Positions 7,822 through 17,461 of a stretch of DNA of 20,000 nucleotides are shown piece by piece. The notes under the pieces were generated by a model that was given only the letters and a program-made list of their open reading frames with translations, made no database searches and had not been told where the DNA came from. Each line of letters starts with the position of its first letter. The first letter of the stretch is position 1. The stretch is from an uncultured virus (IMG/VR IMGVR_UViG_2814123061_000003) (lineage: Duplodnaviria; Heunggongvirae; Uroviricota; Caudoviricetes). Both the position numbers and the translations under genes were made by a program. The stretch lies in the IMG/VR virus record IMGVR_UViG_2814123061_000003. One strand, 5' to 3'.

Positions 7822-8295
7822 ATGGCTTTTAATTCTATTTTTGTAGGCAATAATGTAAAAGTTGAAATCGCTAATGCTCCAGCGGGTGGCGGTCAGGCAA
7901 CTACTTTTACTGTTGTTGAAGAAGTTGGTGCTTTTCCATCAGCGGCAGGTGCGGAATCTAACGTTGTTAGTGTGAACACTTTCGGTCAACAGTACGCTAA
8001 GAAATTGCTTGGTTCTCGTTCAGTACCGGATCTAACTCTAACTGTTAACTGGAAACCAGGTGCGACAGGTCAAGAAATGCTTGCGGCAGCCGCAGCAGCA
8101 CAAACCCTAATCCAGGTTAAAGTAACTTATTATCAAAATATTGATGATCAAGATGGTGCGGCTTATTACAGCATCGTAAACGGTTATGTAAGTTCTGATG
8201 TAGTTAACGGTGATTTTGATGGTGTAGTAACTCGTGATTTCGTTGTTTCCGTTACTGGTGCTCCAATTGCGGTTGGTGAAGTTACTGGTGCGTAA
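7822..8295 (+). CDS. Major tail (tube) protein
   Basis: Start reassigned to ATG 7822 (SD AAGGA at 7808-7812). 157 aa, located before the chaperones and tape measure. Confidence 0.85.
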   Translation: MAFNSIFVGNNVKVEIANAPAGGGQATTFTVVEEVGAFPSAAGAESNVVSVNTFGQQYAKKLLGSRSVPDLTLTVNWKPGATGQEMLAAAAAAQTLIQVKVTYYQNIDDQDGAAYYSIVNGYVSSDVVNGDFDGVVTRDFVVSVTGAPIAVGEVTGA

Positions 8296-8299
8296 GTAC

Positions 8300-8305
8300 T
8301 AAATA
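8300..8305 (+). promoter_or_regulatory. TAAATA box for the chaperone gene
   Basis: Intergenic, 36 nt before ATG 8336. Confidence 0.6.
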
Positions 8306-8335
8306 CTACAAACCAACTAACAAGGATAAAGCGAA

Positions 8336-8626
8336 ATGGATTTTACTAATCTTATGAATGCTATTGGTGTGAAATTAACACCAGTAGTACTAACACCAGA
8401 ATGTACTGTATACATCAAACTACCAACTATTACCCAACACGCAGAAGTTTCAGATCCATATAAAGCGATCTTCTATTGTGTGGTTGATGAAAGTGGTAAA
8501 CAGATTTTTGATTCACCTGAACAAGTTGAACAGAATGTTGATTTAACAGTACAACTAAAACTAAATGCCGAGATCGGTAATGTGTTTGCCAAATCCTTTA
8601 ATGTTGAGGATGTAGAGGCAAAGTAA
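8336..8626 (+). CDS. Tail assembly chaperone (gpG-like)
   Basis: Between tail tube and tape measure. VVDESGKQIF motif. SD AAGGA at 8322-8326. Confidence 0.8.
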   Translation: MDFTNLMNAIGVKLTPVVLTPECTVYIKLPTITQHAEVSDPYKAIFYCVVDESGKQIFDSPEQVEQNVDLTVQLKLNAEIGNVFAKSFNVEDVEAK

Positions 8627-8994
8627 GACGCGATCCGATTCTCAGACTATCACTATCTTTATTGTATAACAGCGGGTGTAGTGTGGATGATCTCTACACT
8701 ATGCCCGTTTTGCTTTTCTTCTACCTATTAGTTTTCAAAGAATCGGTTGATCCTGATTCATCACAAATTGAACAAATCAGGCATACAGAACTACTACAGG
8801 CAATATGGTTAAGTACTGGCAATATCAAGAAAGAAGATATACCGAAATTTAGTATCTATGAACTCGATTCATTGAACATTATTTCAAATAAAACCTTAGC
8901 TGAACAACAAGCAGAGAGGGAGAAGAAGATCGCAGAACAACAAAAAGCAAACATGCTTAATTGGATGGGAGTAAAGCCACATGGCAAACAATAA
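8623..8994 (+). CDS. Tail assembly chaperone gpT-like part, probably expressed as a -1 frameshift fusion (gpGT)
   Basis: The -1 frame is open from 8608 and reads VRRDPILRLSLSLLYNSGCSVDDL. Only a TTG start with no obvious SD is available. Confidence 0.7.
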   Translation, partial: VRRDPILRLSLSLLYNSGCSVDDLYTMPVLLFFYLLVFKESVDPDSSQIEQIRHTELLQAIWLSTGNIKKEDIPKFSIYELDSLNIISNKTLAEQQAEREKKIAEQQKANMLNWMGVKPHGKQ

Positions 8995-11443
8995 TAAACA
9001 ATCAATGATATTTGAAATCACAGGTGATGAATCTGGATTACAAAAATCATTAAAAAACGCAGCAAATGATATAGGTGATTTTGGGGATCGTGCTGGCGGT
9101 GTGTTCGGTAGTTTCAACACCGGACTATCAACCACGGCTAAAGCTATGTCTGGTTTCGCTGGTGCGGTAGGGGTGGCAGGTATCGCCATTGCCGCCACAT
9201 TAGCCAACGTTCAAGCTCAATCAGAAAAGGCGTTTGAAGTCTTTCAGGCAGCATCACTATCACAAACTGGCATAGTACAGATACAACAGGCGGCTAATAT
9301 GTTTGCGGGTGTTGGTCTGACTATGGATCAAGTAGCCGATCAGATGAAAGATGCTAAGGATAAGTTAGGCGATGCTATCACGAATAACGCTGGCTCTATG
9401 CTAACCGATGTGATTCAACCATTGAAGTTGAATATGTTTGAGTTACAGAAAGCAGCAGAAAACGGTGAAGATATTATTGCTAAGATTTACTATCAAGCTA
9501 AACAAATGGGTTTTAGTCAGGCTCAGATTGTACAGATGATGGAAACCGTAGCTAACGATGCTACTAAACGCATGACTGTATATAGAGAATTCAGTACTGA
9601 ACAAGAGTACCAAAATAGCCTTGCTAATGAAACTATACAGTTAACAGCAGAGCAATCACGACAATTTGAAGAATATAGAACGGCAACTAATAATCTATCA
9701 AGGGCGTGGGATGCGTGGCGAAATTCAACACTTGCCCCTGTTGCTAAAAGCCTTGCTGATATTCTTGATCTAATGACTAAGATACTCAACAGTAAGCCAG
9801 TGGCAGCAGCCGCAGCAGCTACGAGTAAGCAGGGTATACAGGCAGTACAGGAATATCAAAAACAGTACCAACAACAGATACAGAAAAACTCTTCTATCTA
9901 TGGTGCTCAGATGGTAGAGGAACAGCAGAAGCAACAAGAAGCCAATAACAAAACCTTTGAGAATCTTTTAGCAAATCTTGATGCCGCACATAATCTACTT
10001 GATAAACAGAAAGAAGAATATAACAAAGGTTCAGATAGAAGTGTTATTGATACAGCGTTGAAACCTTATCTATCAGCTAAGCAGAAGACACAAGCACAGA
10101 TTGATACTCTTGATGCTACTCACAAACAATTACGAGCAACTATTAAAGATTCTTTAGTACGTGCATATAAGGGTGATGAAGCGGCAATGAATGCCGATTT
10201 AGCTAAACTTGATGAAGGTTATAAAGCTAACCGTGAGAAGTTAGTAAAAAGCCTAACAGCCGATGAAGATAAAGCACGTGAAGATAAAGCTAAGAAAGAT
10301 GAAGCAGCAGCCAAGAAAGCACAAGCCGCACAAGATAAACTTAATGAACAAACTAAAAGAGCAAAAGCACTATTAGAACAAACCCTATCACAGATCGGTA
10401 CTAACGAAGCTCAGATACGTATTACTCGTTTTAACTATGAACAAGATGAAATTGAAAAACGTATCAGTACAGCAGGTAAATTAGCTGGTAAGAGTGAAAC
10501 TGAAATTACAGCAATGTTAGATCAGCAATATAAAAGCCGTGCGACTAAGTACAAAACTATGGTTGATGAAATGCTTGCTGAAACAGACCGTTTAAAACAA
10601 GCACAAAACATTGCCGCAATTGCCAGTGATCCGAATGCCACACCAGAGGCTAAAGCCAAAGCAGCAGCAGCGGGTAAGACGTGGACAGGTGACACAGCAG
10701 GTCAGGGTTTAGGGTATACAAACCCATTAGACTTCTCACCAGATCCAACGAAAGTACAGCAAGTAAACACTGAACAGCAAGAGAACCAGGATGGGGCTAA
10801 AGCTCTATACGATGCCAAAGTAATTGGGTTCCAGGAGTACCAGGATCAGCTAACAGCGATTCAGGCCAACGCCGATATGAAACGTGGTCGATTAACCGCA
10901 GACGCCTTAACCAGTACTTTAGGTATGTGGCAAGCTGGGGCAGGTGATGTAGGAACTATCATGGCTGGGGTTTTCGGTGAGTCATCAGCAGCGGCTAAGG
11001 CAGCTTTTGCCGTAAGTAAAGGTATTGCCATTGCTCAGGCAGTGATCAACATCCAGCAGGGCATATCCGAAGCAATCAAACTTGGGTGGCCTATGGGGAT
11101 CGCAGCAGGTCTACAGGTAGCAGCTCAAGGTGCGTCCATTGTCCGTACTATTAAAGGTACAGCTATTCAGGGGCAAGCCCATGATGGTTGGGATTCACTA
11201 CCAAGTACTGGTACATACAATCTTGAAAAAGGTGAACGTGTAGTAGGTAAATCACTAAACCAGGATTTAACAAAATACTTGAGTAATCAGGATGGTAGTA
11301 AATCAGGTGATATTAAGATTGACGCACCGTTAATTATTAATAGTAATGGTCAAATCTCAGATTCAGATTTCCAAAAGATGTGTGATAAACACGCTGATAC
11401 TATTGTTCAGGCAACACGTAAATCTCAGAAGAATAACGTATAA
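8981..11443 (+). CDS. Tail tape measure protein
   Basis: 820 aa, Ala/Gln/Lys-rich and helical. N-terminal ITGDESGL and C-terminal GQAHDG...GTYNL..GERVV motifs. Confidence 0.93.
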   Translation: MANNNKQSMIFEITGDESGLQKSLKNAANDIGDFGDRAGGVFGSFNTGLSTTAKAMSGFAGAVGVAGIAIAATLANVQAQSEKAFEVFQAASLSQTGIVQIQQAANMFAGVGLTMDQVADQMKDAKDKLGDAITNNAGSMLTDVIQPLKLNMFELQKAAENGEDIIAKIYYQAKQMGFSQAQIVQMMETVANDATKRMTVYREFSTEQEYQNSLANETIQLTAEQSRQFEEYRTATNNLSRAWDAWRNSTLAPVAKSLADILDLMTKILNSKPVAAAAAATSKQGIQAVQEYQKQYQQQIQKNSSIYGAQMVEEQQKQQEANNKTFENLLANLDAAHNLLDKQKEEYNKGSDRSVIDTALKPYLSAKQKTQAQIDTLDATHKQLRATIKDSLVRAYKGDEAAMNADLAKLDEGYKANREKLVKSLTADEDKAREDKAKKDEAAAKKAQAAQDKLNEQTKRAKALLEQTLSQIGTNEAQIRITRFNYEQDEIEKRISTAGKLAGKSETEITAMLDQQYKSRATKYKTMVDEMLAETDRLKQAQNIAAIASDPNATPEAKAKAAAAGKTWTGDTAGQGLGYTNPLDFSPDPTKVQQVNTEQQENQDGAKALYDAKVIGFQEYQDQLTAIQANADMKRGRLTADALTSTLGMWQAGAGDVGTIMAGVFGESSAAAKAAFAVSKGIAIAQAVINIQQGISEAIKLGWPMGIAAGLQVAAQGASIVRTIKGTAIQGQAHDGWDSLPSTGTYNLEKGERVVGKSLNQDLTKYLSNQDGSKSGDIKIDAPLIINSNGQISDSDFQKMCDKHADTIVQATRKSQKNNV

Positions 11444-11446
11444 ATA
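11439..11446 (+). promoter_or_regulatory. TATAAATA box for the distal tail/tip genes
   Basis: Overlaps the tape measure stop codon and is followed by a hairpin at 11452-11474. Confidence 0.65.
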
Positions 11447-11494
11447 TCATATGGCCCACATGGATTGTGGGCTAACTATTAAAGGAATAATAAT

Positions 11495-12049
11495 ATGTTA
11501 AATAACACTCTTATTAGTGAGTTCATGTTAACGGACAATATACCGCAATACCAAAACCAAACATGGACAGGTGAAACTATTACACGTGTTGTTGGTTCGC
11601 AGTACTTTACCCTTAGTTTCAAAGTTACCTTAAACAAGATGAACCGTGCTGAACTCGCTAACTTCTACGCTTTATATGGTCAGGGCAAACCGTTCTCTAT
11701 GCCTCTTGGATGGTGGAGTACATACAACGGTACTCAAACATCACAAGTACAGGCAACAGCAGCAAGGGCAGCGGGGGCAACATCCATTGCCGTTAATGCT
11801 AATACACTTGAAGTTGGTACGTTAATTCAATTCAACGGACACAAGAAACTATACCGAATCATAGCCAACACTGGCAACGTGATTAGTATCTTCCCTGGAT
11901 TAATCAAAAACATCCAACTTGGGGAAGTAATGAAATATGACAATATTCAAGGTTCATTTATTCTTACACCACAGAACGCAGCATATCAGATGCCAAGTAC
12001 AAATATTATGGAAGTGACAATAAATGCAACCGAAAACATCAGAGGTTAA
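11495..12049 (+). CDS. Distal tail protein
   Basis: First gene after the tape measure, 184 aa. SD AAGGA. Confidence 0.65.
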   Translation: MLNNTLISEFMLTDNIPQYQNQTWTGETITRVVGSQYFTLSFKVTLNKMNRAELANFYALYGQGKPFSMPLGWWSTYNGTQTSQVQATAARAAGATSIAVNANTLEVGTLIQFNGHKKLYRIIANTGNVISIFPGLIKNIQLGEVMKYDNIQGSFILTPQNAAYQMPSTNIMEVTINATENIRG

Positions 12050-12052
12050 TTT

Positions 12053-12697
12053 ATGTCTATTCCAAGTAATGTACTAACTAATGCGGATCTTGTCGCGTAC
12101 TGGAACCTTACACGAGGCGATAACAAAACCGTACTAACAGAAAAAGAACTATATCAATGTGGTGTTATGGTAAAGCTAATAGATGTACTTCCACCTACCG
12201 GAAGTAACATATATCTAACTGATGCCATTGCCGATCAAAACTATAATGGGATTAACTATAAGTCTGTACCTGATTTCCTTGATTCATCATTTGCTAACTA
12301 TGTAGAAAAGAACCAAATTAATAATAACGGTACTTCTTTAAAAGTAAGTAATGTAAGCCAGGATTATCTATCTATGGCGTTACGTGGATTGTGGAATGAT
12401 GCAAAAGTTAATATCTGGATGGGAATTGTTAACCCAGCTACAGGAGGTATTTTATATGCCTATCGTATGTTTAGTGGTTACATTGATTACTTTAGTTCAG
12501 ACTTTAACAACACAGCAGGTAATACCACAAATGAAACAACAGTAAATCTAAATTCATTGTGGAAGAAGTTAGACCAAACACAACGCCTGTTATCAAGTAC
12601 ATCAGTACACCAATCATTACACACTGGTGATAAGTTCTTTGACCTAATAGGAATACTAAATAGTTCAGAACAATTCTGGAAGAGTAGTAAGAAATAA
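12053..12697 (+). CDS. Baseplate hub/minor tail protein (gpL/DUF2163-like)
   Basis: Synteny. YLTD, FSGYID and HQSLHTGDKFF patterns. Confidence 0.6.
   Translation: MSIPSNVLTNADLVAYWNLTRGDNKTVLTEKELYQCGVMVKLIDVLPPTGSNIYLTDAIADQNYNGINYKSVPDFLDSSFANYVEKNQINNNGTSLKVSNVSQDYLSMALRGLWNDAKVNIWMGIVNPATGGILYAYRMFSGYIDYFSSDFNNTAGNTTNETTVNLNSLWKKLDQTQRLLSSTSVHQSLHTGDKFFDLIGILNSSEQFWKSSKK
12657..12662 (+). promoter_or_regulatory. TAAATA box upstream of the gpK-like gene
   Basis: 40 nt before ATG 12697, within the upstream CDS. Confidence 0.4.
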
Positions 12698-13092
12698 TGA
12701 AAAACGGATTTATAACAGAGTACCTAAGTAGTTTAGTTGGTGAACCTTTAGTGTACGGTACTAATGATTGTCATATCATGGTGCTAACAGTAATTGATAT
12801 GATCACCGGTAGTAAATACCGTGATGAAATCTACCAGAAATACACAACACCAACAGCAGGTAGAAAATACGCAAAAGCAAACTGTAGTTATTCTACTCTA
12901 CATCTATTGTGTAAAGAAAAAGGCCAATTAGTAACTGAACCACTTGATGGGGATATCATCATTTCATCAGGTCACAGTACAGTTTATTGGCGTGGGAAAG
13001 TAGTAATTTTATCAGAAGATAAATCTAACTATATCGTTTCTCAATATATCCCAAATGAAAAAGACAAAATATACAGATTTAAAGGGGAATAA
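12697..13092 (+). CDS. Tail tip assembly protein, NlpC/P60-like (gpK-like)
   Basis: YGTNDC...GDII...H motif. TAATG coupling to the upstream gene. Confidence 0.7.
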   Translation: MKNGFITEYLSSLVGEPLVYGTNDCHIMVLTVIDMITGSKYRDEIYQKYTTPTAGRKYAKANCSYSTLHLLCKEKGQLVTEPLDGDIIISSGHSTVYWRGKVVILSEDKSNYIVSQYIPNEKDKIYRFKGE

Positions 13093-13094
13093 CT

Positions 13095-16000
13095 ATGGCA
13101 GTAGCAGCAGTTGCCGTAGCTATTATCGCAGGGGCATCAGCAGCGGCAGCAGCATACGCAGCAGGTTTAGCTTTAGCAGCAGTAGTAGCTATAGGTATTG
13201 GTACAGCAGCACTATCTTACATTAGTTCATCACAGATGATGAATGTAGGCCAAATGGGGGTAACGTATCCGAGTACGGGTAGTAACAATGCCCGATCAAC
13301 ATCACCAAGTACTGGAATACCGATTTCATACGGCGGTTCTAACCGCAACGCAACAGAGGTAGCTTATAACAAGTTAGGCTCTATCGTCGTATGGCAGAAC
13401 GTCTATAAAGGTACTTCAAATCAGTTATGTACGGTTCACGCGATCAGTATCGGTGAAATCGGGCAAGTACCAGGGGAACAATCACAAGGCGTAATCAAGC
13501 AGATCTTTTTTGATAATGCTCCGGTACTCATGGATGGTGCGTACATCACCACAGAGGGGATCGTGCCTACCTCAATGATGATTGAGAAGTACCGCAAATA
13601 CTTACAGATTGAGATACGTTTCGGTAAGCCGTCCTACGGTGGTTCTATGACGCTTGCCCGTCAATATGGCGGTAGTCAATGGACTGACAACATGCGTGGT
13701 GATGGTCTTGTACAGATCTGTTCCGTAATCAAGAAAACCAATGATTCATTGATTGATGGGATTCTAACGAACCAGAACTATACATTATCGGTAGAAATGC
13801 GTGGACGTATGATCTATGACTTAACTGATAATGTACGTAAACCAAGTTCAAACCCACCAAGCCAACTATATGACTTTATCACTAATACAGAATTTGGTTT
13901 TGGGCTTGATCCTAATGATATTGATATTACCAGTTTCCGTAATATGGCAAACTATTGTGCTCAGAATCATTTCTATTCCAATGGTAATATTCAATATGAT
14001 AAATCCTTTAAGGAAAACATTGAAAATATTCTACAAACATTTGGTGGTGTACTTTATGAATCAAACGGTAAGTACTATCTAACCGTTGATGCTCCAGATA
14101 TTCCAAGTGTACATTTTGATGAAACAAATATTATTGGCAGTGTGAATATCACAACGGGTTCTAAGTCTGACTATTTTAATACAATGGACAGTACCTATAC
14201 AAACCCAGGTAATGACTATTCACAAGATATTATCCGTTATCCAAGTGATGCCATTAGTAACGCATCCATTGCTAAAGATGGTTATATTATCAAGAAGGAT
14301 TTAAACTATCTTTGGTTACAGGATAAAAATCAGCTTGCTATTCTTAGTAACATTGAATTGCTAAAATCTAAGTACATTACGAACACGATTACTTTCAATA
14401 CCTATGTAACAGATATGAAAGTATATGATGTGTTTACAATTGATTTTAAAGAAGCTGGATTTAGTAATAAAAAGTACAGATGTATTCAACGTACTGTACC
14501 AATGACCGTAGATAAAGCAGGCATTATCCAGATCACCGCGATTTCATATGATGATGGTATATATCAAGGAAAAGATCCGGGACAATTCCCACAAGATGGA
14601 TTGACCAATCTACCTAACCCAACATACGTAGAACCGCCAAGTAACCTACAGGCTCAACGTTTAGGGGCAACGGCATCAGGTAACACCGTTCTATTAACAT
14701 GGGATCTTAGTCAGGATACAACTGTACGTGGTTATAAGATTCGTTATAAACGCAGTGATTCCAGTGTTTGGATCAGCATTGGTAACGTAGGGCAGTACTC
14801 TACAAGTTTTGAGATATTAAATCTTCTATATGGGGTACAGTACGATTTTGCTATTGAGGCGTATAACACATTAGGTTATTCATCGGATTTAGTAGCTATC
14901 TATAATCAAACACCACAAGTTATATTCGCATTACCGAAGATTACTAACCTTGATATGGTGAATGATGATGTAGGTTTAAACCAGACTTATGCTCAAGATT
15001 TTATTTTACGTTGGGATGATCAGGCTAACATAGCCGTAAATGGTAAAACATTTGCTGATTTCTTCAAACATTATGAAATTCGTGTGTATGACCGATACAG
15101 GAACTACATCACATCGTACTACACCACTACAAGCAACTGGACGTACTCATATTCAATGAATACCAGTGATGGCCTTAGCCGTTACCGTGTGTTTGGGATC
15201 ATCGCTCATGGTTGGGGTACTGGTATCTATAGTGAAGAAGTTCAGATTGAAGTTAGTAACCCACAACATCCACAGTTGTTAGGTGTAAATTTGAAGAGTG
15301 GTTATGATTCCGTGTTCATTGACTGGACTGAATCAAACGTACCGGATTATGCGGGAATCGTTCTGCAAATCGCACTTGATGAGGGTTTTAGCTCAGGGTC
15401 GAAGTACTTTAGCAGTGCTAACCGTTATTCAGCATCGTTTGGTATTGAAGATGGTTCATGGTTCGCACGAGTAGCAGCCTATGACGTGTTCGGACAGGAT
15501 GAATTGGTATGGTCGCCTACTATCGGTTTTAACCAGAACACGAAGGTTCCTTACAGCAAATTGAACGAAGATGTTATTGATGGCCTACTTAACAGTGATA
15601 CGGCTACTGGCATTGTTGAGAAACAGATCGTAGATGAACTTGGTTCACGCTGGCAGCTACAGGTATCAAACAACGGTAACGTAACGGGCATTGCTTTAGC
15701 CGCAGATGAAAAAACATCAGTGTTTACCGTAATGGCGGATCGCTTTAGTGTTATCAGTACGGACAGTGCCAAACTATCAGACAGGGTTTATCCGTTTGTG
15801 GTTCAGGGTGGTAAGACTTACATCAACTCAGCGGTGATAGCATCAGCGAGCATCAATGAGGCTATGATCAATAACCTTTCCGTTTCACGTGCGAAAATTC
15901 AGGATGCCGCAATAGACAACACGAAGATTGCCAATGCCGCTATTCGTAATGCACATATCATGAATGGTGAAATTGACTCAGCGAAGATCAGCCAGCAGAT

Positions 16001-16631
16001 ACAATCCAGTAATTGGGATGGTACGAACGGTTGGATGATTAACAAGAACGGTACAGCCAACTTTGGTAACGCTACTATTCGCGGTACGATTTTTGCGAAC
16101 AGCGGAGTACTCAACAACGTTACTATCAATGAAAACTGTAACATTCTTGGTACTCTAAGTGCCTCACGTATCGTAGGTGACATTTGCCGTCCTCAGTCTA
16201 CAGGTATAGCATCAGTGCCGTTTATTTTCGGTTCACATACTGTATCAGGTGGTCAGGCCGCTAATGATCCAGTAGCTTACCAACACTATGTAGCGTTGCG
16301 TATACGTGGTGAAGATTTCGATCGTATCCTTGATAGTAATATGACTATCACACTTACTTCATTTGAGCGTCAGTACTTCTATATTCGTATGGGTGGTGAT
16401 GGCATTGGTTTAACAAACTTAGCTTTCGTTGATGCTGGTAACAATGGACATAACACACCATATACTTTCCCAATCAATGGTATCTATGTACCTGCTGTTG
16501 GTCGTGGCAAGTGGAATTATATCTATGTTATGTGTACTACATCGCGTTCTGGTTTAGCTTCACTTAATGTACCTTCATTATTGAATGCGTTTATATATCG
16601 AGCGGGGGATCAACCTTTATATAATGCGTAA
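13095..16631 (+). CDS. Tail tip/central fibre host-specificity protein (gpJ-like)
   Basis: 1178 aa. Ala-rich hydrophobic N-terminus, IPISYG, SSNP, FN3-like PPSNL..LTW..GYKIRYK, a DUF1983-like FTVMADRF..PFVVQGGKTYINSA segment, and GWMINKNG. Confidence 0.9.
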   Translation: MAVAAVAVAIIAGASAAAAAYAAGLALAAVVAIGIGTAALSYISSSQMMNVGQMGVTYPSTGSNNARSTSPSTGIPISYGGSNRNATEVAYNKLGSIVVWQNVYKGTSNQLCTVHAISIGEIGQVPGEQSQGVIKQIFFDNAPVLMDGAYITTEGIVPTSMMIEKYRKYLQIEIRFGKPSYGGSMTLARQYGGSQWTDNMRGDGLVQICSVIKKTNDSLIDGILTNQNYTLSVEMRGRMIYDLTDNVRKPSSNPPSQLYDFITNTEFGFGLDPNDIDITSFRNMANYCAQNHFYSNGNIQYDKSFKENIENILQTFGGVLYESNGKYYLTVDAPDIPSVHFDETNIIGSVNITTGSKSDYFNTMDSTYTNPGNDYSQDIIRYPSDAISNASIAKDGYIIKKDLNYLWLQDKNQLAILSNIELLKSKYITNTITFNTYVTDMKVYDVFTIDFKEAGFSNKKYRCIQRTVPMTVDKAGIIQITAISYDDGIYQGKDPGQFPQDGLTNLPNPTYVEPPSNLQAQRLGATASGNTVLLTWDLSQDTTVRGYKIRYKRSDSSVWISIGNVGQYSTSFEILNLLYGVQYDFAIEAYNTLGYSSDLVAIYNQTPQVIFALPKITNLDMVNDDVGLNQTYAQDFILRWDDQANIAVNGKTFADFFKHYEIRVYDRYRNYITSYYTTTSNWTYSYSMNTSDGLSRYRVFGIIAHGWGTGIYSEEVQIEVSNPQHPQLLGVNLKSGYDSVFIDWTESNVPDYAGIVLQIALDEGFSSGSKYFSSANRYSASFGIEDGSWFARVAAYDVFGQDELVWSPTIGFNQNTKVPYSKLNEDVIDGLLNSDTATGIVEKQIVDELGSRWQLQVSNNGNVTGIALAADEKTSVFTVMADRFSVISTDSAKLSDRVYPFVVQGGKTYINSAVIASASINEAMINNLSVSRAKIQDAAIDNTKIANAAIRNAHIMNGEIDSAKISQQIQSSNWDGTNGWMINKNGTANFGNATIRGTIFANSGVLNNVTINENCNILGTLSASRIVGDICRPQSTGIASVPFIFGSHTVSGGQAANDPVAYQHYVALRIRGEDFDRILDSNMTITLTSFERQYFYIRMGGDGIGLTNLAFVDAGNNGHNTPYTFPINGIYVPAVGRGKWNYIYVMCTTSRSGLASLNVPSLLNAFIYRAGDQPLYNA

Positions 16632-16637
16632 TAAATA
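16632..16637 (+). promoter_or_regulatory. TAAATA box for the TM/coiled-coil gene
   Basis: First bases of the intergenic gap, 41 nt before ATG 16673. Confidence 0.6.
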
Positions 16638-16672
16638 CTATTACCAAAATATATAATATAGGGAAATTCTTA

Positions 16673-16942
16673 ATGGATATTGGGACACTTCTTGCTCTGG
16701 TTATTAGTGGGTTAGGCGTTTTATATTCTATCTTCCGTGACAATACAAAGGATACTACTGATTTATTAAGTCGTGTATCCTACCTTGAAACTACCATTGC
16801 GGTACAAGATAGTAACATTACACGTCTAAGCGACGAACAAGACAAGATGAAAGAAACCTTGCGAAACCTTGAAATTCAAATTCACGAATTGGATATCAAA
16901 CTTGAAAGGATTATTACTATTCTTGAACAATCAAAGCAGTAA
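16673..16942 (+). CDS. Small single-TM coiled-coil protein, possibly lysis-related
   Basis: N-terminal hydrophobic helix followed by a heptad pattern. Adjacent to the lysozyme. Confidence 0.5.
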   Translation: MDIGTLLALVISGLGVLYSIFRDNTKDTTDLLSRVSYLETTIAVQDSNITRLSDEQDKMKETLRNLEIQIHELDIKLERIITILEQSKQ

Positions 16943-16944
16943 TT

Positions 16945-16984
16945 AAAAAGGGATAGTACCGTAATTGATACTATCCCTTTTTTT
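16945..16984. terminator. Bidirectional intrinsic terminator
   Basis: AAAAAGGGATAGTA-10 nt-TACTATCCCTTTTT between two convergent genes. Confidence 0.9.
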
Positions 16985-17429
16985 ACTTATTAGTTAGTTG
17001 TGCGATCATCGCATTAACTCTATTTGGTGTCTGACGATACCATAAACTATCTTTTGCTTGTTTGATTGCTTCCGTGTAGTTGGCATCACGTAGTGCTTGA
17101 ATCATCTTTTTAAACTTCATCGTTCCAGATAGGCCAAGTTGAAAAATCATGATGATCATGAAGTCTTGCCAATCTTTAGGAATGGTTAGGTTTAGTTTAC
17201 TTAGCTGGCTTGTTGCTATGGCTATATCTTTATCAAGTAGTCGAAGTACTTCAATCTCATTAATACCATTATTGAAATTCTCGTTTGGTAGTACCTTATG
17301 TCCGTATCCTACGGTTAAGAATCCTTCACTATCTTTATATGGATAATACTTGTTGTTTCTAAAGTACCCCATACGTATTTGATATGCTCGTGAACCCTCA
17401 TAATCTATGAGTCGTGTTTTTATATCCAT
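16983..17429 (-). CDS. Endolysin, T4 lysozyme-like (GH24)
   Basis: EG...YKDSEGFLTVGYGH and SLWYRQTPNR correspond to T4 lysozyme YKDTEGYYTIGIGH and SRWYNQTPNR. Confidence 0.92.
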   Translation of the reverse strand: MDIKTRLIDYEGSRAYQIRMGYFRNNKYYPYKDSEGFLTVGYGHKVLPNENFNNGINEIEVLRLLDKDIAIATSQLSKLNLTIPKDWQDFMIIMIFQLGLSGTMKFKKMIQALRDANYTEAIKQAKDSLWYRQTPNRVNAMIAQLTNK

Positions 17430-17433
17430 TGAA

Positions 17434-17439
17434 TAAATA
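17434..17439 (+). promoter_or_regulatory. TAAATA box for the GIY-YIG to holin operon
   Basis: 35 nt before ATG 17469. Confidence 0.65.
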
Positions 17440-17461
17440 CCTTATGATAATTTTTATAAGG

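Noticed and set aside
8662..8664. TTG start for a standalone 110-aa gene
   Set aside because: No SD. A -1 frameshift fusion explains the ORF better.
8896..9789. Minus-strand ORFs 8896..9207 and 9523..9789
   Set aside because: Shadows of the chaperone/tape measure genes.
13831..16183. ORFs 13831..14082(+), 15551..15772(-) and 15899..16183(-)
   Set aside because: Nested in the gpJ-like gene with no supporting signals. The hydrophobicity of the first is expected from an off-frame AT-rich read.
17149..17346. Plus-strand 65-aa ORF as a possible spanin
   Set aside because: Antisense to the lysozyme, downstream of a terminator, and no proper lipobox.
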